Below, one piece after another: positions 1-9,313 of a stretch of 64,000 bases of DNA. Source of the stretch: Candidatus Woesearchaeota archaeon (GTDB lineage Archaea > Nanobdellota > Nanobdellia > Woesearchaeales > GW2011-AR4); the NCBI GenBank assembly GCA_016181305.1, contig JACOZN010000013.1, positions 15,686 through 79,685 on the forward strand, in the 5' to 3' direction. Position numbers and translations under genes: made by a program. The notes beneath the pieces were generated by a model that had not been told where the DNA came from, made no database searches, and worked only from the letters and a program-made list of their open reading frames with translations. Each line of letters begins with the position of its first letter. Within the stretch, counting starts at the first letter, position 1.

Positions 1-148
1 TTACGAATTCAACATCTTCAATTGCCATTGCAGGGACTTCGTCTATCATAATCCTTCTCAAAGTGTTTGCGTAAACAGGATTTGAGTCTTTCAAAATAAA
101 AGAAATTTTGCCCTGTTCTTTGCTGTTTTCCAAAACCCTGATTTCCAT
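1..148 (-). CDS. rpoD: RNA polymerase subunit D/Rpo3, 5' part only (runs off the window)
   Basis: Manual translation MEIRVLENSKEQGKISFILKDSNPVYANTLRRIMIDEVPAMAIEDVEF; follows rps11 in the conserved S13-S4-S11-RpoD operon. Confidence 0.93.
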   Translation of the reverse strand, partial: MEIRVLENSKEQGKISFILKDSNPVYANTLRRIMIDEVPAMAIEDVEFV

Positions 149-547
149 TTAAACCCTCCTTCCCCTTTTGCCCCCTTTTTTCCTGCACCCGTCATGCGGC
201 AGAGGGGTAACCTCTTCTATAATGCCGATTTTCAGCCCCATCCTTGACAACGCCCTTATTGCAGCCTGAGCTCCGGGTCCGGGGCTTGTAGGCCCGTTAT
301 GCCCTCCTGGAGCCTTTATTTTTACATGTATTCCTGTGACTCCATTGTCCATGGCAGTCTCGGCAGCTTTTTTTGCAGCTATCATCGCAGCCGTGGGCGA
401 ACCTTCCATTCTGTCTGCTTTCACGACCATCCCGCCTGAGCCGACTGCCAATGTTTCAGTTCCTGTTATATCTGTGATATGGATAATTGTATTGTTGTAT
501 GATGCGTAAATGTGCGCTATCCCCCACCTTTGCTGCCTTTGTTCCAT
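149..547 (-). CDS. rps11: 30S ribosomal protein uS11
   Basis: [19 protein letters not shown] and [19 protein letters not shown] motifs. Confidence 0.98.
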   Translation of the reverse strand: MEQRQQRWGIAHIYASYNNTIIHITDITGTETLAVGSGGMVVKADRMEGSPTAAMIAAKKAAETAMDNGVTGIHVKIKAPGGHNGPTSPGPGAQAAIRALSRMGLKIGIIEEVTPLPHDGCRKKGGKRGRRV

Positions 548-548
548 A

Positions 549-1076
549 TTATTCCGCCTTTAGATTCCCGTGCTTTTGCTCCTTTGCCACAATCTGCAGG
601 CTTATAGGGTGCACAAGCCTTATTTCCGGCTCTTCATTTATTGAGACCAAGTAGCTCGGGGTTGTTATTTTCCTGCTGCCGACTGCTATATGCTCATGCG
701 TTATGAACTGCCTTGCCTGCAGCATTGTTGACGCCATCTGCTTCCTGCAAACCAGCGTCTGCAGCCTTCTCTCAAGCAAGTCCTTCAGCGTGAGGTTTAA
801 TACCTCCTCGATTTTCGAGTCTTTCTTTACCAATCCCATGGCATAAAGCCTCTGGAGCAGCTGGACTTTCTCCTTTTCGGACTGGGAGGTCCTTTCACCT
901 ATAATTGTTTTGGCCCTGTGGAGAAATTTCTTCAGCATCGAGTCCATCTTCCAGATTTCATATTTTCGCCTCAGGCCATACTGCTTTAATATTCCCCTTT
1001 CTGCCTCAATCCTTTCCTTCTGCCACGGGTGCCCTGGCTTTGAAAATTTCTTCCTTTGCCTTTTTGGATCTCCCAT
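549..1076 (-). CDS. rps4: 30S ribosomal protein uS4
   Basis: [18 protein letters not shown] start, [18 protein letters not shown]4 domain. Confidence 0.97.
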   Translation of the reverse strand: MGDPKRQRKKFSKPGHPWQKERIEAERGILKQYGLRRKYEIWKMDSMLKKFLHRAKTIIGERTSQSEKEKVQLLQRLYAMGLVKKDSKIEEVLNLTLKDLLERRLQTLVCRKQMASTMLQARQFITHEHIAVGSRKITTPSYLVSINEEPEIRLVHPISLQIVAKEQKHGNLKAE

Positions 1077-1093
1077 TTTAAACCATTATACCA

Positions 1094-1579
1094 TTAGACT
1101 TTGCCGGCTTTTGCGCCTTCTTTTCTCTTGACTCCGAGAACCTTGCCCTTGTTTTTCCTGAAGTTTGATTTTGTCCTCTGGCCGCGTACAGGCAAGCCAA
1201 GCGAGTGCCTTACTCCTTTGTAGGACTTTATCTTCTTCATCATTTTTATGTCATTATCCTGCGTAAATGTGAGGCTTGTACCTGTCAAGTGCCTGTCTGT
1301 GTTGTCTTCAGGGTCCCTTTTCCTGTTGAAAAGCCATGCCGGAATCCTGAACTTTGAAGGCTCCTTTATGATGTCGTCTATCATGGCAGCTTCCTGCTCT
1401 GTCAAATACCCTGTCTTTCTGGTTTTTTCAATTTTGGCTGTATTGCATATGGCATTGGAGAACATGAAGCTTATGCCCTTTATCTTTGTCAGGGAATGAT
1501 AGACTGACTTGTTTCCGTCTAGGTCTGTGTTTGCAATCCTTACAAAATATTTCAGTTCCTGCTTTGGTTGTTCTGTCAT
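1094..1579 (-). CDS. rps13: 30S ribosomal protein uS13
   Basis: VRIANTDLDG, YKGVRHSLGLPVRGQRTKSN. Confidence 0.98.
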   Translation of the reverse strand: MTEQPKQELKYFVRIANTDLDGNKSVYHSLTKIKGISFMFSNAICNTAKIEKTRKTGYLTEQEAAMIDDIIKEPSKFRIPAWLFNRKRDPEDNTDRHLTGTSLTFTQDNDIKMMKKIKSYKGVRHSLGLPVRGQRTKSNFRKNKGKVLGVKRKEGAKAGKV

Positions 1580-1870
1580 GATGGAAATAGCCGAGAATAA
1601 AGCGTTATGTGTTTAAAAACCCTAGAAACGCTCTTGTCGAACTCGGGCTGATGAAGAACGGGATATTATGGCTATTTAAAAAGGTTACTGATTTTTTGCC
1701 TTTTGCCTAGGCCTGGATTTTGGAATCCGAAGATTCTTGTAAGCAACACATGCCGAAGCATGCATCACCTCCCAGGATGCCCCAAAAAGCAATAAAATGT
1801 AATATTCAATGTCTTATAAATTTATTCAATGCAAAACCTTTAAAACCCTGCTTTTAATCCTAGTTTAGAT

Positions 1871-2056
1871 GACTGCGGTAGTTTAATGGCAGAATAAGCG
1901 GCTGTGGAGCAACCTTTTCTTTTGCAAAGAAAAGCTTGACCAAAAGAAAGGCACTCACGAGGTGGTGGGGTAAACCCCACTGGGATTAAGCATTACTTCA
2001 TGATGGGAAGGTTGTGTAGAGCCCGCTTGGCGCGAGTTCGATTCTCGCCCGCGGTC
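1871..2056 (+). tRNA. tRNA-His(GTG) with encoded G-1 and a 114-nt intron at 37/38 (1908-2021)
   Basis: Acceptor ACTGCGG/CCGCGGT plus G-1:C73; anticodon stem AGCGG/CCGCT; T arm GCGAG-TTCGATT-CTCGC; BHB with central helix CTGT/GTAG and outer helix GCAACCT/AGGTTGT. Confidence 0.93.
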
Positions 2057-2078
2057 CCTTTATCAAAAGGGAAAGCCA

Positions 2079-2465
2079 ATGCCAAAAACAGAAGACGAGT
2101 GGAAAAAGAAGCTGACTCCAGAGCAATTTCATGTCCTGAGGGAGAAAGGCACAGAGCCGGCTTTCACAGGCAAATACTGCAAGAACAAGGGAAAGGGCAC
2201 ATATGTATGCGCCGGATGCGGAGCTGAATTATTCTCGTCTGACACAAAGTTTGAGTCTGGCACGGGATGGCCAAGCTTTTACGCGCCAATGGCAAAAGAC
2301 AGCATAGAAGAGAAGAAGGATTTTTCTCATGGAATGATGAGGGCAGAGGTGTTGTGCAAGAAATGCAAGGGGCATCTCGGGCACGTGTTTAATGACGGGC
2401 CAAAGCCAACAGGATTGAGATACTGCATGAATTCTGCAGCATTGGGTTTCAGGAAGCCAAAATAA
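2079..2465 (+). CDS. msrB: Peptide-methionine (R)-S-oxide reductase
   Basis: [35 protein letters not shown] motifs. Confidence 0.97.
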   Translation: MPKTEDEWKKKLTPEQFHVLREKGTEPAFTGKYCKNKGKGTYVCAGCGAELFSSDTKFESGTGWPSFYAPMAKDSIEEKKDFSHGMMRAEVLCKKCKGHLGHVFNDGPKPTGLRYCMNSAALGFRKPK

Positions 2466-2468
2466 CTG

Positions 2469-2984
2469 CTATTCCTTTGCGTAATATTCTATCTTCAGCA
2501 CAAACCTGTAAACTATATACGGCAGGACAAAGGAAACGGAATAAACCAAGGCAATAACTATCGAGTTATGCAGATTTGCCAGGCTTAATTTTGACATCAA
2601 GTTGTTTGACATATTTGATATGACAAAGGCATTTGCCAATGCAATTAACGGTATCAGGACGGCCAGAAGCAAATGATGCTTTTTCTCAAGGTGCTCTATG
2701 CTTCTTATTACAAGCTCGAACAACAAGCCAAAAACAATGCCCAAAACCATAAGCACAAGATAAAGAAATGCGCCGTTTAAGGCCACCAGTACAGGAATCA
2801 ACGCAATTGAGATTGCGAAGTTTGCGGTGATTATAACGGCAAGAAGCACCCAGTAAATACGCTCTTCCAGAAACTTTATATCGTGCGGCTTGTTTTGCTT
2901 GGCGTCCCGTATAATCCCGACTGCCCTGACAATCTCTTTTTTTCGCCACCCCTTTTTTTCAAGCCTTTTTACAAGGTTTTCCAT
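2469..2984 (-). CDS. Hypothetical multi-pass membrane protein
   Basis: 171-aa ORF with about 4 hydrophobic helices, co-oriented with NAC cluster. Confidence 0.75.
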   Translation of the reverse strand: MENLVKRLEKKGWRKKEIVRAVGIIRDAKQNKPHDIKFLEERIYWVLLAVIITANFAISIALIPVLVALNGAFLYLVLMVLGIVFGLLFELVIRSIEHLEKKHHLLLAVLIPLIALANAFVISNMSNNLMSKLSLANLHNSIVIALVYSVSFVLPYIVYRFVLKIEYYAKE

Positions 2985-2990
2985 GCTTTG

Positions 2991-3461
2991 CTAGTGCTCT
3001 TCCTTCTCCTCATTTATTTCCTTTTTGACAAAAGCTATGAAGCTTCTTGTCTTCTCGTAGTATTCTTTCAAAATGTCTATGCTTACCTCGACAATCTCGC
3101 CTTTGTCGATTGTCGCAATCATTGTGACGTGCCTTCTGAACTCCTCCCTTTTTGTGTACTCTGCCTTGCTGAGCTTCCTGAGCCTCATATAAAAATTAAT
3201 GTAGTCAATCAGCTCCGCATTGTCAGGAAAAGTTTTTCTGAGCAAGTCGCATCTCAGCCCCTGGTTTGCCGGAATGTTCGCCACAAGCTTTTTTTCCTTT
3301 GCGTACTTCAGCAGCGCCTCAATCCCAAAGCCGATGCAGTTTATCAGCCTGTCAATGACATGCTTTATGACATCTACTGTCCTGGTGTATTTCAGGCTTA
3401 CCCAGAATAAATGGTCAACCCTTTTCAACTCCTGAACTGCCTCGTCAAATGACTCCTTCAT
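2991..3461 (-). CDS. Hypothetical protein
   Basis: 156-aa ORF tightly packed in operon, typical codon usage. Confidence 0.75.
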   Translation of the reverse strand: MKESFDEAVQELKRVDHLFWVSLKYTRTVDVIKHVIDRLINCIGFGIEALLKYAKEKKLVANIPANQGLRCDLLRKTFPDNAELIDYINFYMRLRKLSKAEYTKREEFRRHVTMIATIDKGEIVEVSIDILKEYYEKTRSFIAFVKKEINEEKEEH

Positions 3462-3475
3462 AGAACATCCAAAAA

Positions 3476-3817
3476 TTATTTGTTTTGTATTTTTAATATC
3501 GCCTTTGCCAGATTGCCGTTATTGCTCTGCAAGGCCTCCAATGCCTCATTTTTTGTGCAGTTGGTTTGCTCCATAACTGTTGCCAAGTCGTCTTCGTCTA
3601 TCTCCGGTGTTTCATTCTTTTCAATTTCCGTTATATCGCCAACGACCTGAAATGTTTCCTGCCCCATCATGTTGACTTTGCTTACACGGGGGTTTTTAAT
3701 GACAAAGTCCTTTTCGGCTGTTTTAATGATGACGAGCTCTGCATCGATTTCTTCCTGCCTGATGCCTAGCCTTTTCATCGCCTTCTGCATCTCCCTCGGG
3801 TTCATTCCAGGAAACAT
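3476..3817 (-). CDS. nac: Nascent polypeptide-associated complex protein
   Basis: MNPREMQKAMKRLGI NAC domain plus C-terminal UBA-like D(L)ATVMEQT...GNLAKAIL. Confidence 0.95.
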   Translation of the reverse strand: MFPGMNPREMQKAMKRLGIRQEEIDAELVIIKTAEKDFVIKNPRVSKVNMMGQETFQVVGDITEIEKNETPEIDEDDLATVMEQTNCTKNEALEALQSNNGNLAKAILKIQNK

Positions 3818-3821
3818 TATC

Positions 3822-3998
3822 TCACCTTATTCCAAGCAGCCTGTTGCCGTAAGAGTAGAGAAGCAGCATTATGACAATGACGACAACACACAGCACTATT
3901 ATGTGCCCGGGCTTGAACTTAATCTTGCTCTTGTACTCGTCAAAATATCGCACTAAGCCGCCCATTCCCGAGGGCATTGAAATCCTGTCTTGGGCCAT
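3822..3998 (-). CDS. secG: Preprotein translocase subunit Sec61beta/SecG
   Basis: Not in ORF track; manual translation MAQDRISMPSGMGGLVRYFDEYKSKIKFKPGHIIVLCVVVIVIMLLLY, with the GGLVRYF motif and one TM helix. Confidence 0.92.
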   Translation of the reverse strand: MAQDRISMPSGMGGLVRYFDEYKSKIKFKPGHIIVLCVVVIVIMLLLYSYGNRLLGIR

Positions 3999-4036
3999 TT
4001 TTAATCACTACAAATTCCAGTTTATAAATTAAAGCT

Positions 4037-4372
4037 GCAGGGCTTGAATAAGCCGCCTTTTGTCAGGCCCCGAGTGTGACATGAAAATCACGACAGCCTG
4101 CCTTAGCATTAAACTAAGCGTCTTTTAAGACTTGCACCAGCCAGGGCTCACCGTTTCACCCATGCTGCAAAAACGTCAGTTGGTTAGCTCGATTCCCTCG
4201 CAGGAACCTTCACAAATTTCATCCTTAATTGCAGCGGTCTCGTTTCTGAGTGGTTGCCCCCTATTGCTAGGGCTCGCTTCCGCGAGTGGCTCTGATCAGT
4301 CAGCAAGCCTTTGAGGCTTGAGTGGGCGGACTTTCCTCAGTTGCAAAAACCGAAGCTAAGTACAAACCCTGC
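4037..4372 (-). ncRNA. rnpB: RNase P RNA
   Basis: Minus strand has GAGGAAAGTCCGCCCAC, AGAAACGAGACC, GGGTGAAACGG, GGTGCAAG and AAGGCGGCTTAT; termini GCAGGGTTTG/CAAGCCCTGC form P1. Confidence 0.95.
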
Positions 4373-4403
4373 TTATTATAGAATGAAAAGTGTATATATA
4401 AAA

Positions 4404-4682
4404 TTATCTGTTTTTTCTTTTCAGTATGGTTTCCTTTAAGCCCTTAATCTCGTCAAGCTGCTCAAGCAGAATGCCCTCCTTTATGTCCTCCCCTATTGCA
4501 AGCAGAATTATAAATATCACCATCAAAAGCCACAAAAAGACCGTCTGGAGGAAGCCCCAGCTTATTTTGTAGCCCTCTGCAATAAAAACCTTGTTTATGA
4601 AAAAATACCCGATGATAAGGACAAGGAAGCCAACCACCAATAGCAGCTTCTCAAAAACACTCGTGCGCCTCTTTTTTTCCAT
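4404..4682 (-). CDS. Small two-TM membrane protein
   Basis: 92 aa, two hydrophobic helices plus C-terminal coiled segment. Confidence 0.75.
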   Translation of the reverse strand: MEKKRRTSVFEKLLLVVGFLVLIIGYFFINKVFIAEGYKISWGFLQTVFLWLLMVIFIILLAIGEDIKEGILLEQLDEIKGLKETILKRKNR

Positions 4683-4706
4683 TGCGAGACAATTTGAATG
4701 TTATGT

Positions 4707-5831
4707 TTATATATTTTTCTTTTTGAACACCATGATTTTCAGCACCTGCTCGCCGCTCCAGACATCCTTTTCCCTGTGAACGGCAAAATCGCGCTTTTCC
4801 GCATGCTTTTTCACGAAATCAGGAATTCTGGACACTATTGCAACAGTCCCATTATTTTTCAGTATGTAATCGCACTGGTAAAAAAATTCGCCATACACCT
4901 TCTCCAGATTCGCATTTTTCGATGTCGGGGGGTTGGTTATGATTCTGTCAACGCTTTCTTTACTGAACTTTATGTCAAGCCATTCGAGCTCAACCCTGCT
5001 GAAATTAATGTGCTTGTCCACGCCTGCAATTTTGGCATTTTTCCTTGAGTAATCAACATACTTGAACAGGTGGTCATATGAGTATATCTCCGCCTTTGAC
5101 TTTTTTATGCTTTTGTCAACGCCTTCAAAGAATTCCTCAAAATCAACCCCAATCCTCAATCTCAAAAAGGCAAACTTGCCCTTCTTATAATAGTTGACGG
5201 GAAAGCCGGCTGCGTAAAAGGCAGCTTCTATCGCAACAACCCCGTCCCTTGAAAAAGGGTCGAGCGCCACATCATCCTTTCCAAAGCCGCTTTCCTTCAC
5301 CAAGGCGTATGCAATTGTGCCCCTCAAGGAATTGGAGTGGAGGAAAATCTTGTAAGCCCTTTTGTTAAGCTCGAACCCGGAAAAGTCAACCCCGAAATAG
5401 CATTTGTTATCAAAGATATAAACCAAAAAAATGATGACATGGCTTTTCATGTCAAATTTTTTATTTTTGAATTTGCCCTGTATAAGCCCCGCAGCCTTCC
5501 CCTCCACGTTCACGCTGTTAAAATCATGCTTTCCCTCCCTTATGCACTCAACCCTGAATTTCTTGCTTTCACCAATCCACTTGTCAAATTTCAATTTATC
5601 TATAAATTTTCTAAAATCTTCAAAAAAATCTTCAAACTCAAAGCTTCCTAGAAGATAAGCAATCCTGTCGGCAGACTGGCACTTGTAGCACAGCAGGCAT
5701 AAGTCCTTAAAATCCCTGAAATCAAAGATAACACACCCGGTTTCCTGCTTGCAATTGGCATTTATAAGCCCTTTAATCTCTATAGCTGCCGTGCCTTCAA
5801 TGCCTCTTGATGTTATGGCAAGCCCTTTCAT
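4707..5831 (-). CDS. THUMP-domain RNA methyltransferase (Trm14/RlmL-like)
   Basis: N-terminal TSRGIEG/THUMP region, SLRGTIAYAL, degenerate DPFSRDG motif I, TNPP motif IV. Confidence 0.85.
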   Translation of the reverse strand: MKGLAITSRGIEGTAAIEIKGLINANCKQETGCVIFDFRDFKDLCLLCYKCQSADRIAYLLGSFEFEDFFEDFRKFIDKLKFDKWIGESKKFRVECIREGKHDFNSVNVEGKAAGLIQGKFKNKKFDMKSHVIIFLVYIFDNKCYFGVDFSGFELNKRAYKIFLHSNSLRGTIAYALVKESGFGKDDVALDPFSRDGVVAIEAAFYAAGFPVNYYKKGKFAFLRLRIGVDFEEFFEGVDKSIKKSKAEIYSYDHLFKYVDYSRKNAKIAGVDKHINFSRVELEWLDIKFSKESVDRIITNPPTSKNANLEKVYGEFFYQCDYILKNNGTVAIVSRIPDFVKKHAEKRDFAVHREKDVWSGEQVLKIMVFKKKNI

Positions 5832-5868
5832 AGAATAAAAGCAATCAGCCTTGTTTAAAAATATTTGG

Positions 5869-6051
5869 CTATTTTTTAATCAATGATTTTTTATTTAGCC
5901 TTGCCTGCAATCCGTGGCTTGACTTTAAGTGCTTGAAGAACTCGATCTGCCTGAGCCTTTTCACTGCTTCCTTTTTTGTTTTGTAAGTGCCGAACTTCCT
6001 GCCTGTTGTCTCTGACAGGACAACGTATTTGCCTTTAATCTTTTTTATCAT
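5869..6051 (-). CDS. Small basic hypothetical protein
   Basis: MIKKIKGKYVVLSETTGRKFGTYKTKKEAVKRLRQIEFFKH; start overlaps the upstream stop (TAATG). Confidence 0.7.
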   Translation of the reverse strand: MIKKIKGKYVVLSETTGRKFGTYKTKKEAVKRLRQIEFFKHLKSSHGLQARLNKKSLIKK

Positions 6052-8147
6052 TAACCCTTTTTCACATCCAGTATTATATAATCTTCTGAATCACAAGAAG
6101 TTGTTATACTGAAATAACTGATCCCGCATCTGCTTCCATCGGCATTGCACCGTTCACTGCAGGATTTGCCGGCATAAGCAAGCCACGTATCAGTTGTTTT
6201 GCACGATGTCGGCTCTCCCTGAGTTTCAGCGTATCCGTCTGCACATGTCCATTCAGCGTTCCTGAAAGTCTGCTCCTGCGGGCTCTTTATGCAGGCTCCA
6301 TTTCTGCACCCGCTGTAGCATCCGTAAGCGTAGGTGAAAATACTCCCATCCTCATCGCACAATGCCTCATTGAGATTAAATTTGTCAAGGCAGTAGTCCG
6401 TTACCGTTATTTTGTAATATAAGCCCAAACTCGATTCAGCGACTCCTTTTGCAAAAATATTCTTCCCGCCATCAGAATCCGTGCATACAGGCGGTTGCAC
6501 GATGCTGAATGGAGCGTCGCTTGCGTCATAAGCACCATTCCCTTCCTGCCCTAAAAGATAAATTACAATATAAACATCATCGGCAGCCAGTTGGGGAACC
6601 CAGTCATAACTTCCGGTATTGGCAACATTTGCGGCAATCATATTTTCATATGCAGGAGTTACATCGTACCCCCCGCCCCTTAAGGCAATATTAACCATGC
6701 TGTTAGCTGGGAAATTTGAAGTCTGCCATTTTACTGTTATTGTTTCACCCACTCTAAATGCCCCCCACCCATTCGGCGAAATAACTTGGATATACGGTTT
6801 TGGCTTATCAGCGCATTTCTGTATTGGAGGCGGCGGCGGTTGTTTTCCACCTCCACCAGGCTTGCTTATAGTGTCAGCAAGCTGGCAGTAGTCATACTTT
6901 AAGCATTCTTCCACACTTAATTCAGAGCAGCTTTTCAGGCAAGCTCCGTCTTTGCAGCCGTTGGGACAATCATATTTCTCTTTACCTGAAGTTCCGTCTT
7001 TATTGCAGGAATGCTCTGCTAAGACACATCCACCTTTGCCTTCGCACGGGCCATAACCCTGATCATAATTGTAGCAGAAATCAGTTGCTTCTTGTCCATT
7101 TGCAGATACTGTTCCTTTAACAAAATAATCCTTTCCGCCGTCAGAATCCGTGCATACATTAACTATTGAAGCGTCCAAATTCGCCAGCTTAAAGCCTGCA
7201 GGATCCCCATAATTCAGCCCGTTAAATGCTATCTTAAGCCCCAAGCCTTCAACGCTTGAGCCTTGGGAAATTGTATATTCCGATGATTGGGAAGTGCAGT
7301 AGTCCCCTCCCAGTGGGCGGCAGTAATTAGGGCTTGAAACCGTAATCTTTACAGAAGGCACAGGCGGTGGGGGCGGTTGCTTCCCACCTCCTCCAGCAGC
7401 TTGCGCATCATTTATACTTTCAAGCTTGATTTTCACATCTTGGTAGTTTGTTGTTCTGGCTGATTGCCCTTCTGAAAGTGAAAATGGTGAAGGCACGCTG
7501 ATTTCTATTTCTTTTTGGCAGTCCTGCGGGCAGGTTCCTTTTGTGCATGGCGCTAGGCAAGGTGGATTTGCATTTGTGCAAGGCGGGCAATGGGAATCCT
7601 CTCCTTCCTCGCATATGCTGTTGCCGCAAGTTGACTCCAAACATTTTCCGCCAATGCATGAATATTGCGGGCATGGCGCCCGAATGCACCTTATCTGCGG
7701 GCAATCAGAATCTGTTGAGCATTTTTTTACACATTTGCCGCCTGCATCCGGGAAGTCTCCTGCAAGCTGGCATGCCAATCTATCGCAGCATCCGATACCA
7801 GCAATGCCGCCGCAGAATTGATTCTCCTCCGCACATTTTGTTGGAGGTATTGGCGGAGGCACAGCCTTTTCCCCGCACTTGTCGGTGCAGGTATTGGGAA
7901 TAATTCTGCTTGACTCGCCATCGTCGTCAATCTCGCAATAATGGGTGCACTCCTGTTGGTCCTCCCCTCCGCAGGCTCTTGTATATTTAGTATCGCCGTC
8001 ATCATCATATTGTCTGGCATTGCATGCAGTAACAGCCTGAGAAGGCACTCCAAGCTGCCCGAGCTGGGCAATTGCCATGCCTGCCAAAAACACTAAAACC
8101 ACTAAGACAAAGAAAAACCTGCTCTTAAAATCACCTTTTTTGAGCAT
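6051..8147 (-). CDS. Large secreted Cys-rich modular surface protein
   Basis: N-terminal signal/TM, many Cys clusters, two CTDSDGGK repeats, two GGGGKQPPPPP linkers, Ig-like VISPNG...TITVKW domain. Confidence 0.85.
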   Translation of the reverse strand: MLKKGDFKSRFFFVLVVLVFLAGMAIAQLGQLGVPSQAVTACNARQYDDDGDTKYTRACGGEDQQECTHYCEIDDDGESSRIIPNTCTDKCGEKAVPPPIPPTKCAEENQFCGGIAGIGCCDRLACQLAGDFPDAGGKCVKKCSTDSDCPQIRCIRAPCPQYSCIGGKCLESTCGNSICEEGEDSHCPPCTNANPPCLAPCTKGTCPQDCQKEIEISVPSPFSLSEGQSARTTNYQDVKIKLESINDAQAAGGGGKQPPPPPVPSVKITVSSPNYCRPLGGDYCTSQSSEYTISQGSSVEGLGLKIAFNGLNYGDPAGFKLANLDASIVNVCTDSDGGKDYFVKGTVSANGQEATDFCYNYDQGYGPCEGKGGCVLAEHSCNKDGTSGKEKYDCPNGCKDGACLKSCSELSVEECLKYDYCQLADTISKPGGGGKQPPPPPIQKCADKPKPYIQVISPNGWGAFRVGETITVKWQTSNFPANSMVNIALRGGGYDVTPAYENMIAANVANTGSYDWVPQLAADDVYIVIYLLGQEGNGAYDASDAPFSIVQPPVCTDSDGGKNIFAKGVAESSLGLYYKITVTDYCLDKFNLNEALCDEDGSIFTYAYGCYSGCRNGACIKSPQEQTFRNAEWTCADGYAETQGEPTSCKTTDTWLAYAGKSCSERCNADGSRCGISYFSITTSCDSEDYIILDVKKG

Positions 8148-8219
8148 AATAATCCATTTTTTTTCCCATATATAAATATTTTACTAAAGAGAATTTTGAT
8201 TATCTATATATTTGTCAAA

Positions 8220-8360
8220 TCCTAAAAATGCATAATGCATTTTTTGGAACTTCAAAATTAAAATTTTGAAGTATTCTCTAAGAGAACTTTGAATGTCCTA
8301 AAAAATTGCAATGCAATTTTTGGGAATGTCGAAAATGCTTTGCATTTTCGAACACCTCGC
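8220..8360. repeat. Multi-hairpin palindromic element (two tandem modules), homologous to 61704-61790
   Basis: CCTAAAAATGCAT/ATGCATTTTTTGG, ACTTCAAAATT/AATTTTGAAGT, CCTAAAAAATTGC/GCAATTTTTGGG and TCGAAAATGC/GCATTTTCGA hairpins in series. Confidence 0.8.
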
Positions 8361-9230
8361 AATTCCAAGGACGTCTATATCAAAAAAAGCAACTTTGCTT
8401 TGGCAGTCAATTTTCTTTGATAGAATCACATTTTTTTTGCCCCCATCCTCGCTAATCTGGACAAAAGGAATCTCTGGAGGGCATTCGCTGCCGATAACAG
8501 CGGGGTTGTACCTGATCCTTAACTCGGCTTGCGGGCTAAATCTGGTCCCTACAGGGCCAAACTTGTAAATATCGCTTGCGCCCTGCTGGGCTTGCGCAAT
8601 TGTAGGCTCCACAACCTCTATTGTGATCTCATCCGAGTTAACTTGGGTCCCTTTATGCACTTCTATAGTAACTATTTCGTCAGCAGACTGGAGGATTGTC
8701 TTCTCTTCCCTGACGATTTTCGCCTTGGTTATAAAATCTGCAACAATTTTGGCTTTTCCGCCGCCTAAACCCTCAAGTCCAATCTCAACCTTGTTGTTTT
8801 TGCTGTGAAAGCAGTTCATATAGGGGTAGTGATTTATGTTAAAGTTCCCGATTTCTGAAGAATGGATATCGGCATAGCCTATAAAGAACAGGTTTTTGCT
8901 TGTATTGCTGGTTAGGCTGTCCATGACAAGAGGATAATACGCTATTAATTTGCTTGAAAGCACCTGGTCTTTTTTGCCGGTATCAACAAAGCACACCTCA
9001 TTAAGATTCCGAGGGACAAGATAAGAAATCTTCTTGAAGGTCCCATACTCCCTGCCAACGGACTTTGCGTCTGCCTCAAGCTTGTTCTGAAACTGCAAAA
9101 GCTCTCCCTTGTCGATTACTTTCCTGCTGCTGCCCAAGTACCTGTAGCCCATGACAAGGATTACCCCTACAACCACAACAGTCAATGCGTAAACAAAAGC
9201 CTCTGAACCGAGCTGGCCTCTTTTTGCCAT
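8298..9230 (-). CDS. Class III signal peptide (pilin-like) protein with ZU5-like C-terminal domain; 3' end runs into a palindromic element
   Basis: MAKRGQ followed by a hydrophobic helix (prepilin cleavage pattern); YKFGPVGTRFSPQAELRIRY motif. Confidence 0.7.
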   Translation of the reverse strand: MAKRGQLGSEAFVYALTVVVVGVILVMGYRYLGSSRKVIDKGELLQFQNKLEADAKSVGREYGTFKKISYLVPRNLNEVCFVDTGKKDQVLSSKLIAYYPLVMDSLTSNTSKNLFFIGYADIHSSEIGNFNINHYPYMNCFHSKNNKVEIGLEGLGGGKAKIVADFITKAKIVREEKTILQSADEIVTIEVHKGTQVNSDEITIEVVEPTIAQAQQGASDIYKFGPVGTRFSPQAELRIRYNPAVIGSECPPEIPFVQISEDGGKKNVILSKKIDCQSKVAFFDIDVLGIARCSKMQSIFDIPKNCIAIF

Positions 9231-9313
9231 GAGCGGAATTTGTCTGCTTAATTTAAATAACTTTCCACTATGGCACAGAAATATTTATATCAACATGCGG
9301 GTACTCAGCCCTG

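Noticed and set aside
1624-1660. Hammerhead ribozyme (GAAAC...GTC...CTGATGA)
   Set aside because: Core words are present on + but stems I and II cannot be formed; better explained as the antisense of the rps13 leader.
1690-1800. Small minus-strand ORF or hairpin cluster upstream of the rps13 leader
   Set aside because: Short hairpins and a GGAGGTG-ATG exist, but the peptides are under 30 aa with no recognisable features; insufficient support.
1908-2021. C/D box guide inside the tRNA-His intron
   Set aside because: Only a C-like ATGATGG is present; no CTGA D or D' box in suitable positions.
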